A stretch of 64,000 bases of DNA from Candidatus Omnitrophota bacterium. GTDB lineage: Bacteria > Omnitrophota > Omnitrophia > Omnitrophales > Aquincolibacteriaceae. The stretch covers positions 64,318 through 128,317 of the forward strand of contig CAIOAT010000003.1 of the NCBI GenBank assembly GCA_903856085.1, written 5' to 3'. Of this stretch, positions 27,510 through 37,382 are shown one piece after another. Below the pieces are notes generated by a model. The model did no database searches. It was not told where the DNA came from and saw nothing but the letters and a program-made list of their open reading frames with translations. Made by a program: the position numbers and the translations under genes. The first letter of the stretch is position 1; every line of letters begins with the position of its first letter.

Positions 27510-28589
27510 ATGGACCTGAGCCAACTACGGAAGAAAATTGACGAACTGGACCAGAAGATCATCGGGCTTTTGAACGAGCGGACCGAGTTCGCGCGCGAAG
27601 TCGGCAAAAAAAAGACCGAGGCTGGCAAGGAGATCTACGCCCCCGAAAGAGAAAGTGAAATCTATCGGAAGATTGATGCCCTGGCGGGGAAGGGAGTTCT
27701 GCCGAAGGATGCCCTAAAATCCATTTACCGGGAGATTATGTCGGCGGCACTTGCCCTGGAAAAACCGCTCGCGATCGCCTATCTTGGGCCTGAAGCGACT
27801 TTTACGCATCTCGCGTCGCTTTCGAAATTCGGTTCGAGTGTGGAATACCGTTCTTGCGCGAGCATCGGTGAAGTTTTCCGAGAGGTCGAGCAGGGCCGTG
27901 CCGATTACGGTGTGATCCCGATCGAGAATTCGATTGAAGGCGCTGTGAGCCACACGTTGGATATGTTCATTGATTCGGATCTTAAGATCTGTTCGGAGAT
28001 TTATTTTGAGATCGCGCATAACTTGATGTCGAATGTTCAGAATATGAAGCAGATCAAGCGGGTATATTCTAAAGCCGAGGTCTTTGGTCAGTGTCGCATG
28101 TGGCTTGAGTCGCATCTTCACCACGCAGAGCTTATGGAGGCCTCGAGCACGGCCGCGGCGGCCAAGCGCGCGGCAGACGAAGATGGCGCGGCGGCGATCG
28201 GTTCGAAGCTCGCGGCGACGCTTTACAATCTGCCGATCCTGGCGGAAGGGGTCCAGGATTTTTCGAACAATGTGACCCGCTTTCTCGTGATCGCCAAACA
28301 GATCCCAGGCCGGACCAAGAACGACAAGACCTCCATCCTCGTCTCGATCCGCGACAAGGTTGGTGCTCTCTATGAGATGCTCTTGCCGATCAAAAAATAC
28401 CGCGTGAACATGACTAAGATCGAATCGCGTCCTTCCAAGAAAAAGGCGTGGGATTATTATTTTTACATCGATCTCGAGGGACATGTGCAAGACCCTTGTG
28501 TTCGGAAGATGCTCTCGGAGATGGAAAAGAAGGTCAAGTTCCTGAAAGTGCTGGGTTCCTATCCGACGGTGGGGAAAACGAAAGACTGA
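27510..28589 (+). CDS. pheA: Chorismate mutase/prephenate dehydratase
   Basis: LRKKIDELD CM domain, AYLGP..TFT, PIENS.EG, TRF, IESRP. Confidence 0.94.
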   Translation: MDLSQLRKKIDELDQKIIGLLNERTEFAREVGKKKTEAGKEIYAPERESEIYRKIDALAGKGVLPKDALKSIYREIMSAALALEKPLAIAYLGPEATFTHLASLSKFGSSVEYRSCASIGEVFREVEQGRADYGVIPIENSIEGAVSHTLDMFIDSDLKICSEIYFEIAHNLMSNVQNMKQIKRVYSKAEVFGQCRMWLESHLHHAELMEASSTAAAAKRAADEDGAAAIGSKLAATLYNLPILAEGVQDFSNNVTRFLVIAKQIPGRTKNDKTSILVSIRDKVGALYEMLLPIKKYRVNMTKIESRPSKKKAWDYYFYIDLEGHVQDPCVRKMLSEMEKKVKFLKVLGSYPTVGKTKD

Positions 28590-28591
28590 CG

Positions 28592-28649
28592 CCGTGAACC
28601 ACGGGCCAAGGGCCGCGGAGGCCGAGGTTCGTGGGACATGGACCGAAGT
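28592..28649. repeat. Degenerate 7-nt-period intergenic repeat
   Basis: CCGTGAA CCACGGG CCAAGGG CCGCGGA .. CCGAGGT TCGTGGG ACATGGA CCGAAGT. Confidence 0.55.
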
Positions 28650-28690
28650 TGTGCGAATTTTTTAGAACTGAAACTACGGTGAAGAACGAA

Positions 28691-29800
28691 ATGATCCCAT
28701 TCAAAAAACACATCCAGGATATCAAACCCTACGAACCCGGGAAGCCGATCAAGGAGCTTCAACGGGAGTATGGGATTCGCAATGTCATCAAGCTTGCCTC
28801 CAACGAGAATCCGCTTGGACCTTCGGGAAAGGCGATCAGCGCGATGCGTAAGGCGATCCGGGAAGTGCATCTCTATCCGGAAGGGAGCTGCCATTATCTT
28901 GTGACCCGTTTATCCAAGGAGTTGGATCTCGATCCGGCCCATCTCATTTTCGGGAACGGTTCCAACGAGATCATCGAGCTTTTGGCGCGCGGTTTTTTGT
29001 CAGAAGGCGATGAGGTTATTTCCTCAGAGATGACGTTCCTGGTCTACCCGATTCTTTCTCAGGTATGCGGTGCGAAGTTCAAGGCTGTGCCGATGAAGGC
29101 TTATCGCTACGATCTTGAGGGGATTCTCGAAGCGATCACGCCAAAGACCAAGCTCATTTTTATCGCGAATCCCAACAATCCGACCGGGACTTTCGTGACC
29201 GCGGGGGAAGTCGAAGATTTTCTTTCCAAAGTTCCCGATCACGTGGTCGTGTGTTTCGATGAAGCGTATGTGGATTTTGTGGACGCTGCAGATTTTCCGA
29301 AGATGCTGACTTATGTCAAGGACGGGCGGACGAATGTGGTGATCCTGAGGACTTTTTCCAAGGCGTATGGTCTTGCGGGGCTGCGTATCGGGTATGGTGC
29401 GGCATCCAAGGAGATGATCCAATATCTTCACAAGGTCCGCCAGCCGTTCAACGTGAACTCAGTCGCACAGGCCGCGGTCGTGGCGGCACTGGATGATTCG
29501 TTCTTTCTTTGGCGCACCAAATGGCTCGTGGTTCGCGGGCGGAAATTTTTCTGCCGTAAGCTCAAACAATTAGGACTGGAATACCTGCCCAGCCAGGCGA
29601 ATTTCATCCTTATTCATATGAAAACCGACGGCCAGGAGGTTTATCAGTACTTGCTGCGACAGGGCATGATCGTCCGGCCGATGAATTCCTACAAATTGCC
29701 GGACTGGATTCGTATCACGATCGGCCGTCGCAGTCAGAACGTGCAATTGATCAAATTGCTCAAAAGTTATTTGAGTAAAAATACAGCCAACAAGGAATAA
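28691..29800 (+). CDS. hisC: Histidinol-phosphate/aromatic aminotransferase
   Basis: KLASNENP, GNGSNE, NPNNPTG, DEAY, RTFSKAYGLAGLRIGY. Confidence 0.93.
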   Translation: MIPFKKHIQDIKPYEPGKPIKELQREYGIRNVIKLASNENPLGPSGKAISAMRKAIREVHLYPEGSCHYLVTRLSKELDLDPAHLIFGNGSNEIIELLARGFLSEGDEVISSEMTFLVYPILSQVCGAKFKAVPMKAYRYDLEGILEAITPKTKLIFIANPNNPTGTFVTAGEVEDFLSKVPDHVVVCFDEAYVDFVDAADFPKMLTYVKDGRTNVVILRTFSKAYGLAGLRIGYGAASKEMIQYLHKVRQPFNVNSVAQAAVVAALDDSFFLWRTKWLVVRGRKFFCRKLKQLGLEYLPSQANFILIHMKTDGQEVYQYLLRQGMIVRPMNSYKLPDWIRITIGRRSQNVQLIKLLKSYLSKNTANKE

Positions 29801-29865
29801 GGCTGCGGAGCAAAAGCTTTTATACCGTGCTCTGTGCGTCTTAATTATGAGGAGCCTGACTTAAA

Positions 29866-30882
29866 ATGATTATTGTTCTGAAGAAAACAGCAACGCCGCA
29901 AGAGCTCGAGCATATCTGTCAAAAGGTGCGGGAGCTCGGTCTTACGCCGCAGGTTTCGCGCGGTATTGAGCGCACCGTGATCGGCGTGATCGGGGATGAA
30001 GAAAAGCTCCATGTTCAACCGCTCGAAGTTTTCCCGGGCGTTGAGTCCGTCATGGCGATCTTGAAGCCCTACAAACTTGCGAGTCGTGATTATAAGGCTG
30101 AAAACACCGAATTCGATATGGGCAATGGGGTGAAAGTCGGCGGTAAAAAGATTGTTGTCATGGCCGGACCGTGTGCTGTGGAGAACTATGACATGCTTCT
30201 CGGCGTTGCGAAGGCTGTCAAGAAATCCGGCGCGACATTCCTTCGCGGGGGGGCGTTCAAGCCGCGCACGTCGCCTTATTCTTTCCAGGGACTCGGCGAG
30301 GAAGGTTTAAAATACTTGCGTCAAGCGGCGGATGAAGTGGGGCTTTTGGTGGTGACCGAGGTGATGGATACGCGCCAAGTGGAGCTCGTGTCGCAATATG
30401 CAGACATGCTTCAGATCGGGGCAAGAAATATGCAGAATTTCGATCTCCTCAAGGAATGCGGCATGACGAAAAAAGCGGTGCTCTTGAAACGGGGCTTGAG
30501 CGCCACGGTCAAAGATCTTTTGATGTCTGCCGAATACCTGCTTTCCAAGGGGAATTTCAAGGTCATGCTCGGTGAGCGTGGCATTCGCACGTTCGAGACA
30601 TCCACCCGCAATACGCTCGATCTGAATGCTATTCCCGTGCTCAAAAAAGAGACCCATTTACCGGTACTTGTGGACCCGTCGCATGGGACCGGGTTCCGTG
30701 ATTTCGTGGCCCCCATGGGTATGGCCGGGGTCGCGGCAGGATGCGATGGTCTGATGGTTGAAGTCCATCAGAATCCGGAGGAGGCAAAAAGCGACGGGGA
30801 ACAATCGGTGTTGCCGGAGCAATTTGACGAAATGATGAAAAAAGTCCGTCTTATTGCCCATGCGGTTGGAAGAGATATTTAA
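29866..30882 (+). CDS. aroF: DAHP synthase (type I-beta, N-terminal regulatory domain)
   Basis: AGPCAVE, RGGAFKPRTSPYSFQG, ERGIRTF, DPSH. Confidence 0.94.
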   Translation: MIIVLKKTATPQELEHICQKVRELGLTPQVSRGIERTVIGVIGDEEKLHVQPLEVFPGVESVMAILKPYKLASRDYKAENTEFDMGNGVKVGGKKIVVMAGPCAVENYDMLLGVAKAVKKSGATFLRGGAFKPRTSPYSFQGLGEEGLKYLRQAADEVGLLVVTEVMDTRQVELVSQYADMLQIGARNMQNFDLLKECGMTKKAVLLKRGLSATVKDLLMSAEYLLSKGNFKVMLGERGIRTFETSTRNTLDLNAIPVLKKETHLPVLVDPSHGTGFRDFVAPMGMAGVAAGCDGLMVEVHQNPEEAKSDGEQSVLPEQFDEMMKKVRLIAHAVGRDI

Positions 30883-30892
30883 TTGCCGGAAA

Positions 30893-30952
30893 ACGACAAA
30901 CGTTGAACGGGGAACTTAAAATCTTTTGCGTTCAGCGTTTCCCGTTACCCGA
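30893..30952. repeat. Inverted pair of ACGnnnA heptamer arrays
   Basis: ACGACAA ACGTTGA ACGGGGA on +; TCGGGTA ACGGGAA ACGCTGA ACGCAAA on -. Confidence 0.65.
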
Positions 30953-30994
30953 GATCGTTTGAATGGTAAAATTAGGTATCATGAAGGTGAATTT

Positions 30995-31834
30995 ATGTTC
31001 AAAAAAATAGCGATCGTAGGGTTGGGTTTGATGGGTGGCTCATTGGCCGCGGCATGTCGGGAAAAATTTCCAAGTGCCCGGATCGTCGGGATCAGCCGCA
31101 GCAGCGAAGCTCTCGCGCTTGCCAAGAAAAAGAAATGGGTCCATGAAGCCACGCGGGAAGTGTTGTTCGGGGCGCATGGCGCGGATCTCGTGGTGCTTTG
31201 CACGCCCGTCGACACTTTCTTGCCTTACCTCAAGGCTATCGACAAAGTTTGTGCAAAAGGTGCTTTGGTCATGGATGTCGGAAGCGTCAAGACTTCTGTT
31301 CTGAAAGAAGTGAATTCGCGCTGTTGGAAGAATCTCTCGTTTGTCGGATGCCATCCCATGGTGGGTTCTCACAAGCGTGGGGTCCAGGCAGTCAATCCCG
31401 CGCTCTATAAAGGAGGTTTGGTGCTCTTGACGCGTGATCGGAAAACCTGTCCCCGCGTTTATAAACAGGCTAAGAATTTCTGGAAGTGCTTCACGCCCTC
31501 GATTTTGGAGATGAGCCCGGAAATGCATGACAAGCTCGTAGGAGAGGTCAGCCATCTGCCGCATGCCATCGCGGCTTGTCTGATGCACACCATATCGATG
31601 CCTGCGCTCAAAGTTGCTTCGACCGGTTTTCGTGACACTACGCGCATCGCGGCCGCCTCATCCTCGATTTGGCAGCCGATCTTTACTTCAAACCGCAAGG
31701 TCATGCTGAATATTCTATGCCGTTTCGAGCGAGAACTCCGGATATTCAAAAAGCTCCTTCAAGGCCAGGATCCCAAAAAACTGGCTCGGTTTCTGGATGC
31801 CGCACAAAAAAAAAGGCGGAATATTACGGGATAG
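30995..31834 (+). CDS. tyrA: Prephenate/arogenate dehydrogenase
   Basis: GLGLMGGS, DVGSVK, HPMVGS, HD...SHLPH, GFRDTTRIA. Confidence 0.92.
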   Translation: MFKKIAIVGLGLMGGSLAAACREKFPSARIVGISRSSEALALAKKKKWVHEATREVLFGAHGADLVVLCTPVDTFLPYLKAIDKVCAKGALVMDVGSVKTSVLKEVNSRCWKNLSFVGCHPMVGSHKRGVQAVNPALYKGGLVLLTRDRKTCPRVYKQAKNFWKCFTPSILEMSPEMHDKLVGEVSHLPHAIAACLMHTISMPALKVASTGFRDTTRIAAASSSIWQPIFTSNRKVMLNILCRFERELRIFKKLLQGQDPKKLARFLDAAQKKRRNITG

Positions 31835-32058
31835 CGTCCTCGGGTAACGGTGAACACAATCCGCCTATCGGTCATCGTTTCACGCTTTCAGAGATTTTCT
31901 AAAAATCCTCTTCCCAAATCCGCAAGATGTGCTACACTCCCCTTGTTCGCATCGATTTCAGTTCCGGCTAACGCTGAACTGAGAGGGAAAAACGATGCGG
32001 ACCCCCATTTTCATGCAGTCCCAATGAGAAGGGGACTCTCAAGGAGGTTTTCCCTATT

Positions 32059-33621
32059 ATGCAATCCACGTTTTCAGAACTGTACGAGAAGTCTTTTCAG
32101 GATATTAAGATCGGTGAGGTCGTTAAAGGCACGGTGATCGCGGTCCACGAGCGCGACATTGTAGTCGATATCGCCTATAAGGCCGAAGGCATCCTATCCA
32201 AGGATGAATTCTCTCAACCCGAACTTCTGACAGTTGGGTCGGAGATCGAAGTGTTGTTCGAAGGTTTTAATGATGTGGAAGGCACGGCCATTCTTTCCAA
32301 GCGCAAGGCCGACCGCCAGAAGACATGGAATGATATTCTCTCCAATGCCACCGAAGGCGCCATTGTGGACGGACGCATTTCCCGTAAAGTGCGCGGCGGT
32401 TTCATGGTCGATATCGGCATGGAAGCCTTTCTGCCGGCGTCGCTTGTGGACATCAAGCCGGTTCGCAATCAGGACATGTTTATCGGTTTGCAGAGCAAGT
32501 TTCTCGTCGTAAAGATCAATCATAAACGCAAGAACGTCGTGGTTTCACGCAAGGACCTTCTTGAAAAAAGCCGCAACGAAGCCCGCACGGAAAAACTGAG
32601 CACCCTCAAGGTGGGTCAGGTCGTGAAGGGTAAAGTGAAGAACATCACGGATTTCGGCGTCTTCATCGACATCGGAAACCTCGATGGTCTTCTCCATATC
32701 ACGGATATGAGCTGGGGACGCATTTCGCATCCCTCGGACCTCGTGAAGATCGGTGATGACATCGAAGTTGTTGTCATCTCGATCGATCAAGTCAAACAGA
32801 AGATCTCCCTTGGTCTCAAGCAGAAGGGGACGGATCCCTGGGGCACGGTCGATCAGCGTTACGCGATCGGTAATCAGGTCCACGGCAAGGTCGTCAATAT
32901 TCTGCCTTACGGCGCTTTCGTGGAACTCGAGCCCGGAATTGAGGGGCTGGTCCACATTAGTGAGCTTTCCTGGACCAAGCGCGTCAATCACCCGAGTGAG
33001 ATCCTTTCGATCGGAATGGAACTGGATGTTGTGATTCTGAGCCTTGATACGGCCGCGAAGAAGATCTCGTTGGGTGCGAAACAAGCGCAGGAGAATCCCT
33101 GGACCACCGCTTCTGACAAGTTCCAAGTCGGCAGTCGCGTGACCGGGACCATCCGGAACCTCACCGATTACGGCGCGTTCATCGAACTCGAGCCTGGCAT
33201 CGAAGGGCTGTTGCATGTGTCCGATATTTCGTGGACCCACAAGGTCGCCAAACCCTCGGATGTCCTCAAAAAAGGGGATACTGCGGAAGTGATGATCCTT
33301 GCGGTCGACACCGATGCGAAGAAGATCTCGCTTGGCATGAAACAACTCTCAGATGATCCATGGACCGAACTCACCAAGAATTTCCTTACGGGTCTTGAGC
33401 TTCAGGGCAAGGTCACAAGAATCGTGAATTTTGGGGTTTTTGTGGAGTTGGACAACGGCCTCGAAGGACTGATTCATGTCTCCGAGATCCCGGATTGTTC
33501 TGCGCAGGATCTCGCGAAGCGTTTCAATGTGGGAGACACGCTCCGTTGCAGTATCCTGAACGTAGACCATGAAGGGCGCAAGATCGCGTTGAGCTGCAAG
33601 AGCGAGCCGGTCACGGCCTAA
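32059..33621 (+). CDS. rpsA: 30S ribosomal protein S1
   Basis: Six S1 repeats (DFGVFID..DGLLHITDMSW etc.). Confidence 0.95.
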   Translation: MQSTFSELYEKSFQDIKIGEVVKGTVIAVHERDIVVDIAYKAEGILSKDEFSQPELLTVGSEIEVLFEGFNDVEGTAILSKRKADRQKTWNDILSNATEGAIVDGRISRKVRGGFMVDIGMEAFLPASLVDIKPVRNQDMFIGLQSKFLVVKINHKRKNVVVSRKDLLEKSRNEARTEKLSTLKVGQVVKGKVKNITDFGVFIDIGNLDGLLHITDMSWGRISHPSDLVKIGDDIEVVVISIDQVKQKISLGLKQKGTDPWGTVDQRYAIGNQVHGKVVNILPYGAFVELEPGIEGLVHISELSWTKRVNHPSEILSIGMELDVVILSLDTAAKKISLGAKQAQENPWTTASDKFQVGSRVTGTIRNLTDYGAFIELEPGIEGLLHVSDISWTHKVAKPSDVLKKGDTAEVMILAVDTDAKKISLGMKQLSDDPWTELTKNFLTGLELQGKVTRIVNFGVFVELDNGLEGLIHVSEIPDCSAQDLAKRFNVGDTLRCSILNVDHEGRKIALSCKSEPVTA

Positions 33622-33635
33622 ATTACAATCGATCG

Positions 33636-34886
33636 ATGACGTCCCCCAGGAACCGCAGAGTCGTTATTACGGGCCTGGGGGTCGTCTCATCGGTCGGCTT
33701 CGGCAAAGAGGCCTTTTGGGATTCTATTTCCAAAGGTCGTAGCGGCGTTTCCAATATCACTGCATTTGATACCACCCAGTTCACCACTCATTTCGCCGGC
33801 GAGATCAAGAATTTCGATCCGTCTGCCTATATCCTTCCCAAAAAACTCAAGCGCATGGATCGTACAACACAGTTTGCGGTTGTGGCTTCCAAGATGGCCG
33901 TTGAGGACGCGAAGCTTGATCTTGAAGAACCCGGAGTCCGCGAGCGGACCGGCGTGATCATCGGCGCAGCTTTAGCGGGCGTGGGTTTTATTCTGGAACA
34001 ACATGAAGGGATGTTGAAAAAAGGTCCGATGCGAATCAACCCTTTTACGGCGCTCGCTTCTTTTCCGGACGCTTGTGCCGGAAATGTTTCCATCGAGTTG
34101 GGCGTGAAGGGTCCGAGTTTTTCTATCGCGACAGCCTGTTCTTCGGCGTCCGATGCTTGTGGTTATGCTTTTGACGCGATCCGGAGCGGTGACCTTGATT
34201 TCTTGATCATGGGCGGTGCCGAAGCGACGATCTTTCCTGGCATTGTGGCATCTTTTTGTGTGGCGCGCGCACTTTCAACCCGGAACGATCAACCCGAAAA
34301 AGCTTCACGTCCGTTCAGTATGGACCGCGATGGATTCGTCCTGGGGGAAGGGGCGGGGATGTTGGTGCTGGAAGAATATGAACATGCGAAAAAACGGGGA
34401 GCGCATATTTACGCGGAAATCCTCGGCCATGGCATGACCTGCGATGCGTATCACATGACGGCACCGGATCCGGAAGGGACCGAAGCGGCTCGTGCCATGC
34501 AGCTCGCGATGGAAAACGCAGGGGTCGATCCTAAAGAGATCGATTATATTAATGCTCATGGGACCTCAACGTCTTTGAACGATAAAACCGAAACCTTGGT
34601 TATCAAAAAAGTTTTTGGTCCCCGGGCTTATGAGATCCCCATCAGTTCCGTAAAATCCATGATCGGCCATCTGATCGGTGCGGCCGGCAGCGTGGAGCTC
34701 ATTGCGACGCTCCTTGCCATGGAACATCAGCTAATCCCTCCGACGATTAATTACAACTCCAAAGACCCCGAATGCGACCTGGACTATGTCCCCAATGTTG
34801 CCCGCAAGGCCAACATCCGGATTGCGATGAAGAATTCCTTCGGTTTCGGCGGCAAGAATTCCATTCTCATCCTCAAAAAAGTCTAA
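33636..34886 (+). CDS. fabF: 3-oxoacyl-ACP synthase II
   Basis: RVVITGLG, TACS, NAHGTST, KSMIGH, NSFGFGG. Confidence 0.93.
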   Translation: MTSPRNRRVVITGLGVVSSVGFGKEAFWDSISKGRSGVSNITAFDTTQFTTHFAGEIKNFDPSAYILPKKLKRMDRTTQFAVVASKMAVEDAKLDLEEPGVRERTGVIIGAALAGVGFILEQHEGMLKKGPMRINPFTALASFPDACAGNVSIELGVKGPSFSIATACSSASDACGYAFDAIRSGDLDFLIMGGAEATIFPGIVASFCVARALSTRNDQPEKASRPFSMDRDGFVLGEGAGMLVLEEYEHAKKRGAHIYAEILGHGMTCDAYHMTAPDPEGTEAARAMQLAMENAGVDPKEIDYINAHGTSTSLNDKTETLVIKKVFGPRAYEIPISSVKSMIGHLIGAAGSVELIATLLAMEHQLIPPTINYNSKDPECDLDYVPNVARKANIRIAMKNSFGFGGKNSILILKKV

Positions 34887-34974
34887 TGTTGTTACATCGT
34901 GTCGCGATGCACGGATCACGGTATTGGGTTCGATACAAGACGTTCCTTGTGGCCCTTGGCCCGCGGAACGTACT

Positions 34975-35826
34975 TTAGGCGAGCTCTTCTTCGATTTCTG
35001 CAGGACTCTCTTCGGTGTTGCGGTTCTTGCGGTGGGAAAGTGTTTCTACTGCGGAACCATCCAGGATGCCTCGCTTGGAGGCTTCGATGAACTCGACCAT
35101 ATGCGCGACCTCAGGGCTTTTGAAGGATTTCTTAATAGCCTCGAGTGCCTGGCTCACGTTCATGCCAGAACGGTAAAGTAGTTTGTAGACTTCCTTGATC
35201 TCAGCGCGCACTTGAGGTCCGATGCCGGCACGTCTCATGCCCACCACATTGATCCCTTGGGCGATGCCCGGGCGGCCGCCGCAGACCACATAAGGAGGGA
35301 TGTCCTTGTTGATGGCGGTCAGGGCGCTTACCATGGCGAGCGTACCAATGCGTGTGAATTGATGGAATCCTGTCATTCCTGAGAGGAATGCCCGGTCTTC
35401 GACCATGCAGTGGCCGGTGAGCGAGGCCTGGTTCACCATGATGATGTTGTTGCCGAGAAGGCAGTTATGCGCGATGTGGCAATAGGCCATGATGAAATTC
35501 TCATCACCAAGCGCAGTGGCCGTGCTTTCCTTGGTGCCGCGGTGGATGGTGACGAACTCCCTGATGACATTCTTCGAACCGATCTTGGTAAAGGTCGCTT
35601 GGCCCTGATAGGCGAGATCTTGGGGTTCATGACCAATCACGGCATTCATGTGGATTGCGTTGTAATTCCCAAGTTCGGTCCCGCGGGCGAGGTAAACGCC
35701 GGCCAGGATCTTGTTGTGGGAGCCGATCTTGACCCCGTCTTCGATGATGACGTTCGGGCCGATCGTGTTATTGACCCCGATCTCGACATGCTTTCCGATG
35801 ATGGCGCTAGAGTGGATCTCAGACAT
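34975..35826 (-). CDS. lpxA: Acyl-ACP--UDP-N-acetylglucosamine O-acyltransferase (stand-alone)
   Basis: Hexapeptide repeats, PQDL, IREFVTIHRGT, HIAHNC, HQF.RIG. Confidence 0.9.
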   Translation of the reverse strand: MSEIHSSAIIGKHVEIGVNNTIGPNVIIEDGVKIGSHNKILAGVYLARGTELGNYNAIHMNAVIGHEPQDLAYQGQATFTKIGSKNVIREFVTIHRGTKESTATALGDENFIMAYCHIAHNCLLGNNIIMVNQASLTGHCMVEDRAFLSGMTGFHQFTRIGTLAMVSALTAINKDIPPYVVCGGRPGIAQGINVVGMRRAGIGPQVRAEIKEVYKLLYRSGMNVSQALEAIKKSFKSPEVAHMVEFIEASKRGILDGSAVETLSHRKNRNTEESPAEIEEELA

Positions 35827-36020
35827 GAGCGGGATTATATCACAATGGTTTGAATCCGAAATTACAAATTCAAACCTGGGGCGGCTGACTGAACGCTCCG
35901 CAAAGATTATGGATAGTCATAGGCATCTTTTTGTGAAAGAAAGGTAGGGGATGGAGGGTGAATGAATAGTGTGATTTTTCTGCGGCTATTGATGTTCGTC
36001 GTATTCCTGATGCGTACCGT

Positions 36021-36049
36021 TTGACGGATATTCCTTCCGCTGATAGAAT
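36021..36049 (+). promoter_or_regulatory. sigma70-type promoter of tyrS
   Basis: TTGACG-17-TAGAAT with extended TG. Confidence 0.7.
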
Positions 36050-36091
36050 GCTTTCCATCTTCTAACTCTTTTCCAATTGGGGACTTAGAGA

Positions 36092-37309
36092 ATGTTTCCG
36101 CCCGTCAAAGAACAGCTAGAGGTCTTCAAAGAGAATCTCGTCGAGCTTATTTCAGAGCGAGAGCTTACGGCGAAACTTGAAGGATCCCTTAAAAATAAAC
36201 GCCCTCTTCGCATCAAATACGGGGCGGATCCCTCAGCGCCTGATCTTCATCTGGGGCACACCGTTCCGCTTCGCAAACTCCGCCAACTCCAGGATTTAGG
36301 GCATACGGTGGTTTTTATTATAGGTGACTTCACGGCCCGTATCGGCGATCCCTCCGGAAAGTCCGAAACAAGGCCTATGCTCACCGAAGAGCAGGTCCAG
36401 GCGAACGCTAAGACCTATCAGGAGCAGGTGTTCCGCATTCTCGATAAGAAAAAGACCGAAGTCCGTTACAATTCCGAATGGTTGGGGACGATGCGGTCGG
36501 AGGATTTCCTGAAGCTCACAGCACAATACACCGTGGCGCGCATCCTGGAGCGCGATGATTTTTCGAAGCGCTACAAGGCAGGGGAACCCATCGCGGTTGT
36601 AGAGCTTCTCTATCCCCTGATGCAGGGGCATGATTCCGTGGAGATCGAGTCGGATGTTGAGATCGGCGGAACCGATCAGAAGTTCAATCTGTTGGTAGGC
36701 CGTGAGCTGCAAAAGGCTGACGGGCAGGAGTCTCAGGTTGTGATGACACTGCCTCTGATCGAGGGCCTGGATGGCGTGCAGAAAATGTCTAAAAGTCTTG
36801 GCAATCACATTGCCTTGCAGGACACGCCGCGCGAGATGTTCGGCAAAGTGATGTCGATCCCGGACGCGATGATGGAGCGCTACTACCGCTACGTGGCCGC
36901 GCTATCTCCGAAAGAGGTGGAGCCGATTCTTGCAAGTCTGAAAAATGGAGAGCTGCATCCTCGCGATGCCAAGGCACGTCTCGCGGAAAGGATCGTTTCT
37001 CTTTTTTATTCTGAGGCGGAAGGAAAAAGCGCCCGCGAAGAATTTGATGAGATTTTCAAGAACAAAGGAATGCCGGATGAGATTCCCGTCGTCAAGATTG
37101 GTCAAAAGACGATCGATATTGTGAGCCTTTTAGTTGAGGCTCATCTTGTGACGAGCAAATCCGAGGCCCGCCGGCTCATGGAGCAGGGCGGTGTCAAGAT
37201 CGGTCACGAAAAGATCACAGACCCGAAGGCGGTCATTACGATCGGAACGCCCTTCGTCCTGCAATGCGGTAAGCGGAAATTCGCAAAAATCCAATGCGAC
37301 CTGTCGTAA
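36092..37309 (+). CDS. tyrS: Tyrosine--tRNA ligase
   Basis: [27 protein letters not shown]-terminal S4 domain. Confidence 0.96.
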   Translation: MFPPVKEQLEVFKENLVELISERELTAKLEGSLKNKRPLRIKYGADPSAPDLHLGHTVPLRKLRQLQDLGHTVVFIIGDFTARIGDPSGKSETRPMLTEEQVQANAKTYQEQVFRILDKKKTEVRYNSEWLGTMRSEDFLKLTAQYTVARILERDDFSKRYKAGEPIAVVELLYPLMQGHDSVEIESDVEIGGTDQKFNLLVGRELQKADGQESQVVMTLPLIEGLDGVQKMSKSLGNHIALQDTPREMFGKVMSIPDAMMERYYRYVAALSPKEVEPILASLKNGELHPRDAKARLAERIVSLFYSEAEGKSAREEFDEIFKNKGMPDEIPVVKIGQKTIDIVSLLVEAHLVTSKSEARRLMEQGGVKIGHEKITDPKAVITIGTPFVLQCGKRKFAKIQCDLS

Positions 37310-37382
37310 ATACAATGTTATATATCGAAAACGCTGGTGCGGATGAACCGCGGGTAAGTTGTCCTCGATATACGGTATGCGA

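Noticed and set aside
27510-31834. Tyrosine biosynthesis genes as a dedicated supply for HydG
   Set aside because: Standard housekeeping operon 14 kb away with no shared regulatory signal seen.
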